Of a stretch of DNA of 64,000 bases, positions 1 to 9,027 are shown piece after piece. The DNA comes from a virus. Lineage: Duplodnaviria > Caudoviricetes. Location of the stretch: IMG/VR virus record IMGVR_UViG_3300028591_000079, positions 96,001 through 160,000 of that record; one strand, written 5' to 3'. Both the position numbers and the translations under genes were made by a program. The notes under the pieces are model-generated. The model was not told the DNA's origin. It saw nothing but the letters and a program-made list of their open reading frames with translations, and ran no database searches. Position 1 is the first letter of the stretch. Each line of letters starts with the position of its first letter.

Positions 1-30
1 GAAAATTATTATACAAAATTTATCGATTCA

Positions 31-1824
31 ATGCAGCAAAAAATTGATAAACTAAATCCAAACAAAAAAGAATATTATACTCAAAATCTTGATATTTATC
101 TTGATTTGTTTGGTGTAAAAGATGAAAAAGAAAAAGATGTAATTAGATTTTTGGTATATAAAAATATCAAATGTTTTTCTTATGGTGCATCTGGTGGCAA
201 TACACGTAAAGCTGTCATGTTGCATGTTGGAATTACAGAAAAAGAATATAAAAAAATAATGTCATCGAACTTTTGTAGCATATGGTTTTGCAAGGGTAAA
301 AATGATAAAATTTTATATAACAGTGATATGTTAGAGCCTATTTTCAACATAGAATCTGGAAAAGAATGTTTTTTAAATAGTGTTATCAAAAAAACTGAAA
401 AATCAAAACTTTCATTGGATGATTTTGGACATGTAAAGCAAAAAGACTATATTCTCAGTGTTTTACAAAACGCATTAAGAAAGCAAAAAAAGGGAATTAA
501 TATTTTATTATATGGCAAACCTGGAACTGGAAAAACAGAATTGTCCAAAACACTAATTGATGCCTGTGGTGCTGAAGGTTATAATGTTCAAGGTATAGAA
601 GATCCATCATGTCCAATGAGATATTTAGAAGGAAAAGAAGATGTAAAAAGAAGAAAATATATGTATTACATGCTTCAAACGTATTTAAAAAACAACAACA
701 ATGCAATAATTTTATATGATGAAGCCGAGGACTTTTTCCGTAAAGAAGAAAAAGATGGTCAATCCAAACAAAAGATTAATGATTATTTGGAAAATAACAC
801 AACTCCTGTAATTTGGACATGCAATTCTTTGTGGGATATTGAACAGAGCTTTTTGAGACGTTTTTCATATATTTTAGAATTGGACACTATTGGTTCTAGT
901 GTTTTATCTTCTTTGGTTGAAAAAATGTGTCAAGAAAAAGGAATAAAACTTGACGAAAGAGTAAAACGCCTAATTGAACAAGAACAACCATCAATAGGAA
1001 TAATAAAACAATGTCTAAACACATATAAATTATCAAACATAAAAAAACAAGATCTATTATATGAAGCATTGAAAAACTCTATATATGCCGAATCTTATAA
1101 TACAAAAAAACCAAAAGATATAAATAGAAGTCAGATGCATGGATATAATCAAAATCTGGCAAATACTGACATAAAACTTGAATCAATCACCAATGGCATA
1201 ATCAAGTCTGGTAAAAATGATTGGTCTTTGATTTTATATGGCGTAAGTGGAACAGGGAAAACCGCCTATGCTGAATTTCTTGGTAAAAAGTTGGGGATGC
1301 GTGTTATAAAGAAAAAAGTAAGTGATCTTCAAAGTATGTGGGCCGGTGAGTGTGAAAAAAATATTGACAAGGCTTTTGAAGAGGCGAGACAAAACAACGC
1401 AATATTGCTATTTGATGAAGGTGATTGTTGGTTGAGAGATAGAAGACTTAATCGAGCATCTTGGGAAACCAGTCAAACAAATCAGTTCTTGCAAAATTTA
1501 GAAGCAGCAACCACACCAGTAATAGTAACAACAAATCTTATGGACTCTTTGGATCAAGCCGCATTAAGACGTTTTGTTTTCAAGGTTGGATTCAGATATA
1601 TGACAAAAGCACAAGTAAAAGAGGCGTTCAAAACTTTTTATAATATTGATGTAACAGAAAATGAAGCAAATATATCTTATGCAACCCCGGGAGATTTTGC
1701 TGTAATACAAAAGCAAATAGAATACTTGGGAGAAAAACCTACGGCTGGTAAAATAAAAGAATTGCTGTTGGGGGAAATAAAAAATAAAAAGGATGACTTC
1801 AAAGAAAACAGTATAAAAATATAA
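31..1824 (+). CDS. Double-domain AAA+ ATPase (probably 5'-truncated by the window edge)
   Basis: Two Walker A/B sets: GKPGTGKT / IILYDEAE and GVSGTGKT / LLFDEGD, each followed by an LRRF arginine-finger motif. The frame is open back to base 1. Confidence 0.85.
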   Translation: MQQKIDKLNPNKKEYYTQNLDIYLDLFGVKDEKEKDVIRFLVYKNIKCFSYGASGGNTRKAVMLHVGITEKEYKKIMSSNFCSIWFCKGKNDKILYNSDMLEPIFNIESGKECFLNSVIKKTEKSKLSLDDFGHVKQKDYILSVLQNALRKQKKGINILLYGKPGTGKTELSKTLIDACGAEGYNVQGIEDPSCPMRYLEGKEDVKRRKYMYYMLQTYLKNNNNAIILYDEAEDFFRKEEKDGQSKQKINDYLENNTTPVIWTCNSLWDIEQSFLRRFSYILELDTIGSSVLSSLVEKMCQEKGIKLDERVKRLIEQEQPSIGIIKQCLNTYKLSNIKKQDLLYEALKNSIYAESYNTKKPKDINRSQMHGYNQNLANTDIKLESITNGIIKSGKNDWSLILYGVSGTGKTAYAEFLGKKLGMRVIKKKVSDLQSMWAGECEKNIDKAFEEARQNNAILLFDEGDCWLRDRRLNRASWETSQTNQFLQNLEAATTPVIVTTNLMDSLDQAALRRFVFKVGFRYMTKAQVKEAFKTFYNIDVTENEANISYATPGDFAVIQKQIEYLGEKPTAGKIKELLLGEIKNKKDDFKENSIKI

Positions 1825-1825
1825 G

Positions 1826-1849
1826 AAACGCCCCATTTCGGGGCGTTTT
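1826..1849. terminator. Bidirectional intrinsic terminator
   Basis: AAACGCCCC-atttc-GGGGCGTTT hairpin between convergent genes, with a T-run after it and an A-run before it. Confidence 0.85.
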
Positions 1850-1851
1850 AT

Positions 1852-2997
1852 TTAAAATAAATGCAATGTTTTTTTTGGTTTTTTCAACTCTTTTCCATAC
1901 AATGATTCAAATTGTTTCCAAACTTTTTCAAACCATTGTGTGTAGATATGAACTTCGGTTTTTGCGGTTCCTCGTTTACCAAAGTTTTCCATTGTCAATC
2001 TATACCATTGATGATCTGCTTCTGAATATTGTTCGTTGAAATTCCAATCTTTGATTTTAGAAAGATAATCAACACGCAAATTGCGGATATAAGTCGCAAA
2101 TGCAAAAATCAAATTTCCAGTTGTTATTTCATCTAATCCATATTCATCTTGTAATCTCGCGGCTAACAAATATGAACCATAAACCATTGGCATTTGTGGC
2201 ATCAAAACGTTTTTTATATCCTTAAATGCAAAAATAATGGATTTAATGCGTTTTGTTATCAAATTTTTCATCGCCACAGGTACTGTTTTGTTTGTATAAT
2301 CTTTAACCATGTTATATAACGCATTATCATCAATAATATCAGCGTTTTTATCATAGGCGATTGCATCCAAAACATGTTCCAAATACATCCATCTTGTCAA
2401 CAATGTTTCTTGTTTTGTATAATCAGCGGTTTTGCTAAATGCCCGAATTTTACCAATGTTGGTTTTATCGTAAATTTCTTTGATTGTTTCAATTGCAGAA
2501 CCACCTAAAGCATGACGCATTTCTTCTGTTTTGATGCGTTTTCCGTTTTGTAATGCAATGAAAATATCAATTGCAGCAGAATCATTTGTGTTGAACAAAT
2601 AACGAACTGTAATATTTGTTTCTAAAATTTCACGTTGTTGCTCTTTGGACAGATTTCTAAAATAAATCAATTGCCCATTGCCGGGATTGTAAGCAAATTT
2701 GTTTTGAATAAAATTGTAAATTGTTAAAGACCGTTGTTTTCCATCCAAAACTTCAAATTTGTCACCATTACTACGCAAATAAAATAATGGCAACGGAACG
2801 CCTTTCAATAAGGATGTAATTAGTTCATGCTTATTTTTTGCTGGCCAATTATATCCACGTTGATAAACAGGATCCGTGTCCCATTTGTTGTTTTCAATGT
2901 TTTTTACTAATTTTGATATTGTTACAATTTCCATTGATGTAGAAATATCTAATTTTTCAATGGTTGTAATATTTTTTACTTCTGCTGATTTTGGCAT
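1852..2997 (-). CDS. DUF262 (ParB/Srx-like, GmrS-type) domain protein
   Basis: Motifs PVYQRGYNW, LITSLLKGVPLP, EVLDGKQR and IFIALQNG match the DUF262 pattern. No HNH (DUF1524) C-terminus is visible. Confidence 0.8.
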   Translation of the reverse strand: MPKSAEVKNITTIEKLDISTSMEIVTISKLVKNIENNKWDTDPVYQRGYNWPAKNKHELITSLLKGVPLPLFYLRSNGDKFEVLDGKQRSLTIYNFIQNKFAYNPGNGQLIYFRNLSKEQQREILETNITVRYLFNTNDSAAIDIFIALQNGKRIKTEEMRHALGGSAIETIKEIYDKTNIGKIRAFSKTADYTKQETLLTRWMYLEHVLDAIAYDKNADIIDDNALYNMVKDYTNKTVPVAMKNLITKRIKSIIFAFKDIKNVLMPQMPMVYGSYLLAARLQDEYGLDEITTGNLIFAFATYIRNLRVDYLSKIKDWNFNEQYSEADHQWYRLTMENFGKRGTAKTEVHIYTQWFEKVWKQFESLYGKELKKPKKTLHLF

Positions 2998-3008
2998 TGT
3001 CTACTCCT

Positions 3009-3440
3009 TTATTTTTTGTGCCGTGTTTGAATTATTCTGGCATTTTTGGCACTTATTGTGCTGTTTTTGCCAATTAAACTATTTAACAGAGCTTTTGCAT
3101 CATCTTCTGTATCACACAATTCAGTAATAATAACCTTGAATGGTCCCTTTTTTACTTTTTTTATTGCCGATACTTTTGTTTTTTTACTCTTTAGTGTTCT
3201 TTTGGGCATATCATATTCGGCATATTTCCAAACATATCCCCCAATAGTGTTGTTTTTGCCACGAACAACATGAGAAATACCAGAAGATGATATGTTTGTC
3301 ATGCGCCCTGCTTCACCAATGGAACTGAAACGATTGACTACAACACCGTCTTTTATTTGTAAAACCGGTTTTTGTATACCTTTTATTCTATTATAAGGTT
3401 TTATTTCTCTCGCTTCTGCTCCAAATAATGTTCTTGTCAT
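3009..3440 (-). CDS. NUMOD1-type DNA-binding domain protein
   Basis: KPVLQ..F.SIGEAGR...ISHVVRGK..TIGGYVWKY is a typical NUMOD1 segment. AAGGAG Shine-Dalgarno upstream. Confidence 0.7.
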   Translation of the reverse strand: MTRTLFGAEAREIKPYNRIKGIQKPVLQIKDGVVVNRFSSIGEAGRMTNISSSGISHVVRGKNNTIGGYVWKYAEYDMPKRTLKSKKTKVSAIKKVKKGPFKVIITELCDTEDDAKALLNSLIGKNSTISAKNARIIQTRHKK

Positions 3441-3524
3441 GTGTTTTTACTCCTTTTATTTGGATTTTCTACCAGTATAATAACAAAAAAAATCTATATG
3501 TAAAATTAAAAATAACATTTGTAA

Positions 3525-3531
3525 AGTTCTA
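3525..3531 (+). promoter_or_regulatory. AGTTCTA candidate late-promoter element
   Basis: One of about 19 intergenic copies oriented toward the downstream gene (see findings). Confidence 0.65.
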
Positions 3532-3614
3532 TATATTGAGAAAAAGCGCATTAAAAGCATATCTAAATTATACTAATAGAAACATAAAGCGTAACAGTAA
3601 AGAGTAAAAACCAT

Positions 3615-3968
3615 ATGACTATCGCAGGACAAGACTTTTTAACACTAATTGTTGTTGCGCTAATTTCTTTCTTAGCAGGTGCTGTAAAGACTATTCTCGC
3701 CTATACTAGAGACAGAGTTTTTCCCAAAAAGTTAGATTTTTTAGTAAATATTGTTCTTTCGTTCTTTGTCGGTATTTTGGCCGGGTTTGTTTGCACATAT
3801 TTCAACATAGTAGACGGCATGTTATATATAATTGTTGCATTTGCCGCCTTATCTGCTGAAAGACTGCTATCTGCCATCCCTACAATATTCGTAAAAAAAG
3901 TCGAAGATGTAGTAGGGGTAAAGCCAACACAGGAAGACTATAATAGCGATCCTGTAAACAAAAAGTAA
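3615..3968 (+). CDS. Putative holin (LydA-like, 3 transmembrane segments)
   Basis: Three hydrophobic helices and a charged C-terminal tail. The S-F-x-G-I-L-A-G pattern resembles LydA-family holins. Confidence 0.6.
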   Translation: MTIAGQDFLTLIVVALISFLAGAVKTILAYTRDRVFPKKLDFLVNIVLSFFVGILAGFVCTYFNIVDGMLYIIVAFAALSAERLLSAIPTIFVKKVEDVVGVKPTQEDYNSDPVNKK

Positions 3969-3979
3969 AGAGTAAAGCT

Positions 3980-4210
3980 ATGAACACAAAAACCAAACAG
4001 AGGGCAGTAACATTGATAACTATGGGATGTTCTATATTTATTGGTACATTCTGTGGGTTATTTTTAGATTGGTTGTTTCTTCCTCGTATGATTGTTTGTG
4101 GTTCAGTTGCAATAGTATCAACGGTGACTGAACATTATCTAACAGTACACAAGGAATATGTTGAAAAGTTATTAGCTAAGTTTATTGGTGAAGATAATGA
4201 CAATAAGTAA
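3980..4210 (+). CDS. Small membrane protein, paralog of the C-terminal half of the upstream holin-like protein
   Basis: CSIFIGTFCGLFL...VAIVSTVTEHYL aligns with LSFFVGILAGFVC...VAFAALSAERLL. Confidence 0.55.
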   Translation: MNTKTKQRAVTLITMGCSIFIGTFCGLFLDWLFLPRMIVCGSVAIVSTVTEHYLTVHKEYVEKLLAKFIGEDNDNK

Positions 4211-4490
4211 ACGAAACAAAAAAAGATTTATCCAAGGATTGTTTTTACTTCCTTTGGTTACTTGTTTGATTACTGTGATTGCAATAAAATCCTATGTCGA
4301 TTATCGTTTGGGAGGAGTCTGCACGGGTATTGATACAAGAAGAGTTTTTATGTTTATTTCTCTTGTGCTGTTTATAAATGTTTTGTCATCTTTTGGTGCT
4401 TTAATATCTTACTGGTGCCTCGAAAATAAAGTAAACAATATACTAAAAAGAGAAAAAGGGGTACAAAATGGTAAGAAAAATAAATTATAA
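4197..4490 (+). CDS. Two-transmembrane membrane protein
   Basis: Basic N-terminus and two hydrophobic segments. ATG at 4197 overlaps the upstream gene. Confidence 0.6.
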   Translation: MTISKRNKKRFIQGLFLLPLVTCLITVIAIKSYVDYRLGGVCTGIDTRRVFMFISLVLFINVLSSFGALISYWCLENKVNNILKREKGVQNGKKNKL

Positions 4491-4734
4491 TATGCTTGAG
4501 GAAAATTTTATAAAACACTTCCAAAAAACATACGAAAGAACACTAACAATAGATCAATTACAACTCTCTCCAGCTTATTTTGGTTTAGACTCTTTAGATG
4601 CAGCTGAAATGTTATTGTGGGCTGAAGAAGAATATGGCATAAAAACAACTCCAGAAGATTATTCAGATACAAGACCAATGCTGGAGTTTTTAGAATTAGT
4701 TTATAATAGAATTCCTAAAAATAAAAAAATTTAG
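4468..4734 (+). CDS. Acyl carrier protein-like
   Basis: FGLDSLDAAEMLLWAEEEYGI retains the phosphopantetheine-accepting serine motif and the helix II pattern. 88 aa. Confidence 0.8.
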   Translation: MVRKINYNMLEENFIKHFQKTYERTLTIDQLQLSPAYFGLDSLDAAEMLLWAEEEYGIKTTPEDYSDTRPMLEFLELVYNRIPKNKKI

Positions 4735-4778
4735 TTGATTTAATTGTTGGTTTGTAAATCACGATGTCAAATAAAATT

Positions 4779-4806
4779 AGGCCCAGAATAAATCTGAGCC
4801 TTTTTA
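4779..4806. terminator. Terminator between convergent operons
   Basis: AGGCCCAGA/TCTGAGCCT hairpin, fully paired on the minus strand with one G-U, and T-rich tracts on both strands. Confidence 0.7.
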
Positions 4807-5760
4807 TTATAGATTGTTTGGTGGACATGGTATATAATTTTCACAATGAATTATAATAAACTTTCTATGTGTTTCAAATATTGGTCTATAAAAGTCTAAT
4901 ATTTTTTGTTTATGTTCTTCATCACGATATTGAATACAAGGATAGTTTTTTGGATCTCCTATTTTCCAAAACTTCCCTCCGCGGTCATATGTAATAAGTT
5001 TTTCGTTTTTTGTTGGACAGTCGTGAATGAATGCGGCCCCTTTTCCAGTAAATACACCGGGAGCCGACCACACATTGCACGGTTGAAACACTAAAGAGTT
5101 CGACTGTCCATTGTATTTTGGAAGATTTGTAATTGGATTTGGACATTTTGGATAGTTTGATTTAAATTCTGCATATCCACTTCCAAAATAAGCAGCTTTC
5201 AATTTTTCACCATCATTACAAACTTTATCTAATACTGTAAAAATAGAAATCTGTGTTGATGGTAATTTGAAGTCTTTTCTAAAATCGTCTGACCATATTT
5301 CTTTGCTGATATATTTTGATACTTTGCATTTTACATTATGGTATGGCATGTTTGGAGCAATAAAAACACCCATCATGTTATTATCCACACATCTTTCCAT
5401 CATTGTTCTGTGTAACATATTCTTGTATGGTGTATTACAGAAGAAGTACTTAAATAGTTTTAGATCAAGCGAAAAGAAATCAACACAATAAAACTCTACA
5501 CCTAATTTTGTTGCCTCTCCAGTATCTTCTATATCAATTCCAACAACATTTTCTTTAGATATGCCAGCTCTAATCAATGCTTTTGTTAATTCACCTTTTC
5601 CAAAACCAATATCCAAAATTTTAGAAGACCCGTCATATATTTTTACAAACTCTGCAGCCATAATATCCGCAATATGATCTGGGGTCGAGAAGTAATGATT
5701 TTTATTCTCAGCGTTTTGTTTGATTTTATTACCATCTTTATCAAATTTTATCATGCTCAT
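4807..5760 (-). CDS. DNA amino-methyltransferase (m6A/m4C type)
   Basis: YFSTPDHIA (motif X), ILDIGFGKGEL (motif I), GIDIE (motif II) and CNTPY (NPPY-like motif IV), in gamma-class order. Confidence 0.75.
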   Translation of the reverse strand: MSMIKFDKDGNKIKQNAENKNHYFSTPDHIADIMAAEFVKIYDGSSKILDIGFGKGELTKALIRAGISKENVVGIDIEDTGEATKLGVEFYCVDFFSLDLKLFKYFFCNTPYKNMLHRTMMERCVDNNMMGVFIAPNMPYHNVKCKVSKYISKEIWSDDFRKDFKLPSTQISIFTVLDKVCNDGEKLKAAYFGSGYAEFKSNYPKCPNPITNLPKYNGQSNSLVFQPCNVWSAPGVFTGKGAAFIHDCPTKNEKLITYDRGGKFWKIGDPKNYPCIQYRDEEHKQKILDFYRPIFETHRKFIIIHCENYIPCPPNNL

Positions 5761-5773
5761 TTTTTACTTTCCT

Positions 5774-6556
5774 TTACTTTTTTATTTTCATTATTTCTTC
5801 AACACTTTTTACAACTACTTCACCATTTTTATTTAGTAGGTAAAATTCTTCTTGTGTCCCGGATCCTTGTTCAAATGTTGGTTTTTTTGTGTACTCATCT
5901 AATATAAATCCTCTTTTTAAATCTTCACAACAAAACCTATGAACTTCTTCTTGTATATTTTGAACTAATCCTTTTATTCTTCCGTTTTCTACTTCATGCT
6001 GACTCCAAACTTTATTATTTACCCCCCAATCTGTTACCATTTTTTCTGTTGATTTATAAAATGTTGGAGTCTGTAACGCTTTATAATCTGCACCTTGAAC
6101 AAATCTGATAATGTTATTGTTGTATTGTTTAATGAACTCTAATTTTTCTTCATCATTCTCAAAAAGTTTATTAATTTCCAACCATCTAAATAAAACTAAA
6201 TCAATAGGTAAATTCTCATACCCTTCTGGTTCTTCTGCGTTTGTTACTATTTTATATACCTTAGATTGTTGTAGAAATACGTAAGGAGATTGTTCGTTTT
6301 TATTTATAGTCAACATACCTAAAAATGGCAACTTTGAAGCATTACATCTTTCTTCCATGATCTGTAATTGAAATAAATCCCCCTTATCACCAATACCCCT
6401 TCTTCTGTTTTTATCTTCGGCCATAATCCAAAATCTGTCCGGCTGTATCATTTCAGAATCTACATCAATAAAACCAAGCGTCATATAATCTGTTCTTATA
6501 AATCTTTTCCATATGGCTTGAGAATCTTTAAATATATTGTTTTGGTGAAATCTCAT
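5774..6556 (-). CDS. Hypothetical protein, possible PD-(D/E)xK nuclease
   Basis: IDVDS...WIMAEDKN...FQLQIM resembles the D-x(n)-E-x-K catalytic layout. Lies 13 bp upstream of the methyltransferase on the same strand. Confidence 0.4.
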   Translation of the reverse strand: MRFHQNNIFKDSQAIWKRFIRTDYMTLGFIDVDSEMIQPDRFWIMAEDKNRRRGIGDKGDLFQLQIMEERCNASKLPFLGMLTINKNEQSPYVFLQQSKVYKIVTNAEEPEGYENLPIDLVLFRWLEINKLFENDEEKLEFIKQYNNNIIRFVQGADYKALQTPTFYKSTEKMVTDWGVNNKVWSQHEVENGRIKGLVQNIQEEVHRFCCEDLKRGFILDEYTKKPTFEQGSGTQEEFYLLNKNGEVVVKSVEEIMKIKK

Positions 6557-6587
6557 AATAACTAGAACTCCTTTTACTTACTAGTCT

Positions 6588-6650
6588 ATTATAATACATT
6601 TAATCTAAAAAGAAATAATTTAATGTCATTTAATGTAAAAAAATTTAATC
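6588..6650 (-). promoter_or_regulatory. Promoter with four (C/G)ATTAAA boxes and a TATAAT -10
   Basis: Minus-strand boxes at 6644-6650, 6629-6635, 6619-6625 and 6599-6605, then TATAAT at 6588-6593. Confidence 0.55.
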
Positions 6651-6730
6651 AAAAAACCGGTCATTTATTTTCGCTCCTAACTTGATTTATCACATATTTC
6701 GTAGTGAGCTTGGACATGACCGGAAGGACC
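6651..6730 (-). ncRNA. Candidate ~80-nt small RNA downstream of an AGTTCTA site
   Basis: AGTTCTA at 6739-6745 (minus) has no ORF after it. 5' CCGGUCAU pairs with 3' AUGACCGG (8 bp) and is followed by U6. Confidence 0.5.
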
Positions 6731-6814
6731 ATATTAGCTAGAACTATGATTTGAATATTTTTTTCTTTGTTTTGCATAATTAATTTTCACTCTATAATAA
6801 CATAGGAATCTAAT

Positions 6815-6850
6815 AAAAAACCGCCAACAGAACTAATCTTGAAGGCGGTT
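6815..6850 (-). terminator. Intrinsic terminator after the cell wall hydrolase gene
   Basis: AACCGCC/GGCGGTT stem followed by a T-run on the minus strand. Confidence 0.65.
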
Positions 6851-6870
6851 ATTACACTTTGTCTTGCTTT

Positions 6871-7437
6871 CTATTTTTTCTTATTATCATTTTTCCTACA
6901 ATAAAACTGATGGCCACTTATTTCTTTTACCATGTCCATATTATAACTCCATGATGGTTTCTTAAATGCTGTTCCATCAAAATGAGTTACGCATGCAGGA
7001 ATTACTCTCTTTTTTTCATTTTTTTCAATCTCATATAGGTGTTGATAAACCATTTTAGTTAGTTCATATACTTTCTTTGGATGTTTATATATGTATTTAT
7101 AACTTCCGTTGCCTTGTAAATATGAGAATTGTTTATTTTGATGCACAACTTCACAAAATGTATTAGGAAAATCCTTTGATGCAGTTCTGTTGACTATTAC
7201 TTCAATTATTGCCTTTTGTCCTTCTATAGGTTCTCCAATGGCTTCTCCTGCAATAGCATCTACAACGCATTCAATATTTTGTGAACCATATTTGTCATCA
7301 AGTTTTGCATCCATTTTGTTTATCGCTAATGTGTTGATGCAAAATGTATTTATAATTATAGCAAGTAGTGTAGCTAATAGTAAATTGTATAATCTCCGCG
7401 GAACGAAGGTTATACCATAGATTTTTGGTTTATTCAT
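6871..7437 (-). CDS. Cell wall hydrolase, SleB/Hydrolase_2 family, with an N-terminal membrane anchor
   Basis: CVVDAIAGEAIGEPIEGQKAIIEVIVNR..FPNTFCEVV.Q..QFS...ISGHQFY. Confidence 0.9.
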   Translation of the reverse strand: MNKPKIYGITFVPRRLYNLLLATLLAIIINTFCINTLAINKMDAKLDDKYGSQNIECVVDAIAGEAIGEPIEGQKAIIEVIVNRTASKDFPNTFCEVVHQNKQFSYLQGNGSYKYIYKHPKKVYELTKMVYQHLYEIEKNEKKRVIPACVTHFDGTAFKKPSWSYNMDMVKEISGHQFYCRKNDNKKK

Positions 7438-7689
7438 AATTTATGTCTCTATCAAAGCTCCGGTGTTATCTATTAAGGATTAGTGATGCTATACGATCTT
7501 TGCAGACCCTTACATCACCACAAGAATTCTTTGATATTTGGTAAATTATAATAATTCTAAACTAAGGTCAAGTTTAATATAACCAATAGTATAAAATTAA
7601 TCATCTTATCATAAAAATTAGATTTGACGACAAGACTTTAAATAGAACTAAAATATGAAAAGTTTTTAAGAAGAATTAGAAGTGAAAAA

Positions 7690-9024
7690 TTAAACGTTGA
7701 TTTTATATAATCTACAATAACCATTAGTGTTTCTGGTTCCACCGCCTTGACCCCACGCCACTTCATTTCTAGATAAATCTAATACCGCCCAAGCGCCAGA
7801 ACCTGGAGAACCATATCTGTTACCATTTGTGCCAACGCCCCAGCTTCCACCAGGACCAGAAGTTGCAGCTACAACAGTTGAATACGTTGTGCTTCCTCCG
7901 TTTCCATAGGCACCACCCCCACCTCCAGTAGTTCTTGCACCATCGTTGTTGCCACATGCTCCGCCGCCACCACCAGCCAATATTGCTACACATAGGTGAG
8001 ATACTGAAAATGACCCAACTGAAAAAGAATTGTTTGATGAAAAATTGCGGGTCCAAGCAGAATTGGTAAGAGTAGCCGATTGAACATTTTTATCTATTCC
8101 AGCAATAAAACCAGATCCAGCTGCACCAGGACCACCATCATAGTGAGATGAGTTTCTACCATTATTAGCGGCTCCACCACCTCCACCACCACCTTCAGAG
8201 TGCCCAGTTGCACCGGTTCCGCCCCAATAATCTGTTGGAGACGGATAGCCCGTTGTTGCCCCTGTTGTTGTGTTGCCATTATGTGAATTACCAGCCCACA
8301 ATAGGCATTTAGCCCCCTTGTGAAGATAGATTGTTCTTGTTATTAAACCACCAATTCCGCCGCCGTTCCCATCACCAGAATTTCTTGCACCCCCACCCAT
8401 AACTTCAACATAATACCACCCATCAGCAGACACAGTATAAATCGTATTGTTTGCCCCCGTTACGGATGCTACTTGTGTTCTATTGTCGGCAGATGGAGGT
8501 GTTATATTTACTGGGAGTGCGCAACTCAAAGATATGTTTTGTGTTTGCGTTGAATTTACCGTTATATTGCCGGACGATGTTGTGTATGCTGATTTTGAAA
8601 CAGAATAAGAAACGGTTGTGCCCGGATTTACTGCAATAGAGTTACCAACTTGTGTATAACCAGATGCGGTTAGTGTTACTGTTGCATTTGATGGGTCTGG
8701 ATTTATTGTTAGTGTATATTGTTCTGCCAAACTTACTGGATATTGTTCATCGTTTATTGGAGTTCTTGTTCCTGTTTGCGTGACATATCCACCTTTTGAT
8801 ATTGTATATGTTATTATTGCGCCATGATAAACAGTAATAGAATTTCCAGATTGTGTTTCTCCAGGGGATGTTAACACTACAGTTGCATCTGATGGGGTTG
8901 GCACAATTGTAAGGGTTATTCTTCTGTGATAAAACAAATTATTGTGATAATAAATTCTATTTACAGGTTCATCCCCGTAATATACTTTTTGTACCAATGA
9001 AGAACCGAAAGAAAGTTGATTCAT
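7690..9024 (-). CDS. Glycine-rich adhesin / tail-fibre tip protein
   Basis: N-terminal VQKVYYG..V.RIYY docking motif, two Ig-like repeats (TI.P.PS.ATV.LT..G.TQ.GNSI.V..G), and a C-terminal polyglycine domain. Confidence 0.7.
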   Translation of the reverse strand: MNQLSFGSSLVQKVYYGDEPVNRIYYHNNLFYHRRITLTIVPTPSDATVVLTSPGETQSGNSITVYHGAIITYTISKGGYVTQTGTRTPINDEQYPVSLAEQYTLTINPDPSNATVTLTASGYTQVGNSIAVNPGTTVSYSVSKSAYTTSSGNITVNSTQTQNISLSCALPVNITPPSADNRTQVASVTGANNTIYTVSADGWYYVEVMGGGARNSGDGNGGGIGGLITRTIYLHKGAKCLLWAGNSHNGNTTTGATTGYPSPTDYWGGTGATGHSEGGGGGGGAANNGRNSSHYDGGPGAAGSGFIAGIDKNVQSATLTNSAWTRNFSSNNSFSVGSFSVSHLCVAILAGGGGGACGNNDGARTTGGGGGAYGNGGSTTYSTVVAATSGPGGSWGVGTNGNRYGSPGSGAWAVLDLSRNEVAWGQGGGTRNTNGYCRLYKINV

Positions 9025-9027
9025 GTT

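Noticed and set aside
6563-6569. Additional minus-strand AGTTCTA copy
   Set aside because: It is only 6 bp from the ATG and overlaps the AAGGAG Shine-Dalgarno, so it is probably coincidental. Not counted as a promoter.
7450-7520. c-di-GMP-I riboswitch-like words (CAAAGCTCCGG, GGGTCT)
   Set aside because: The fragments fall on opposite strands and the P1 GGCAAAC/GNRA architecture is missing.
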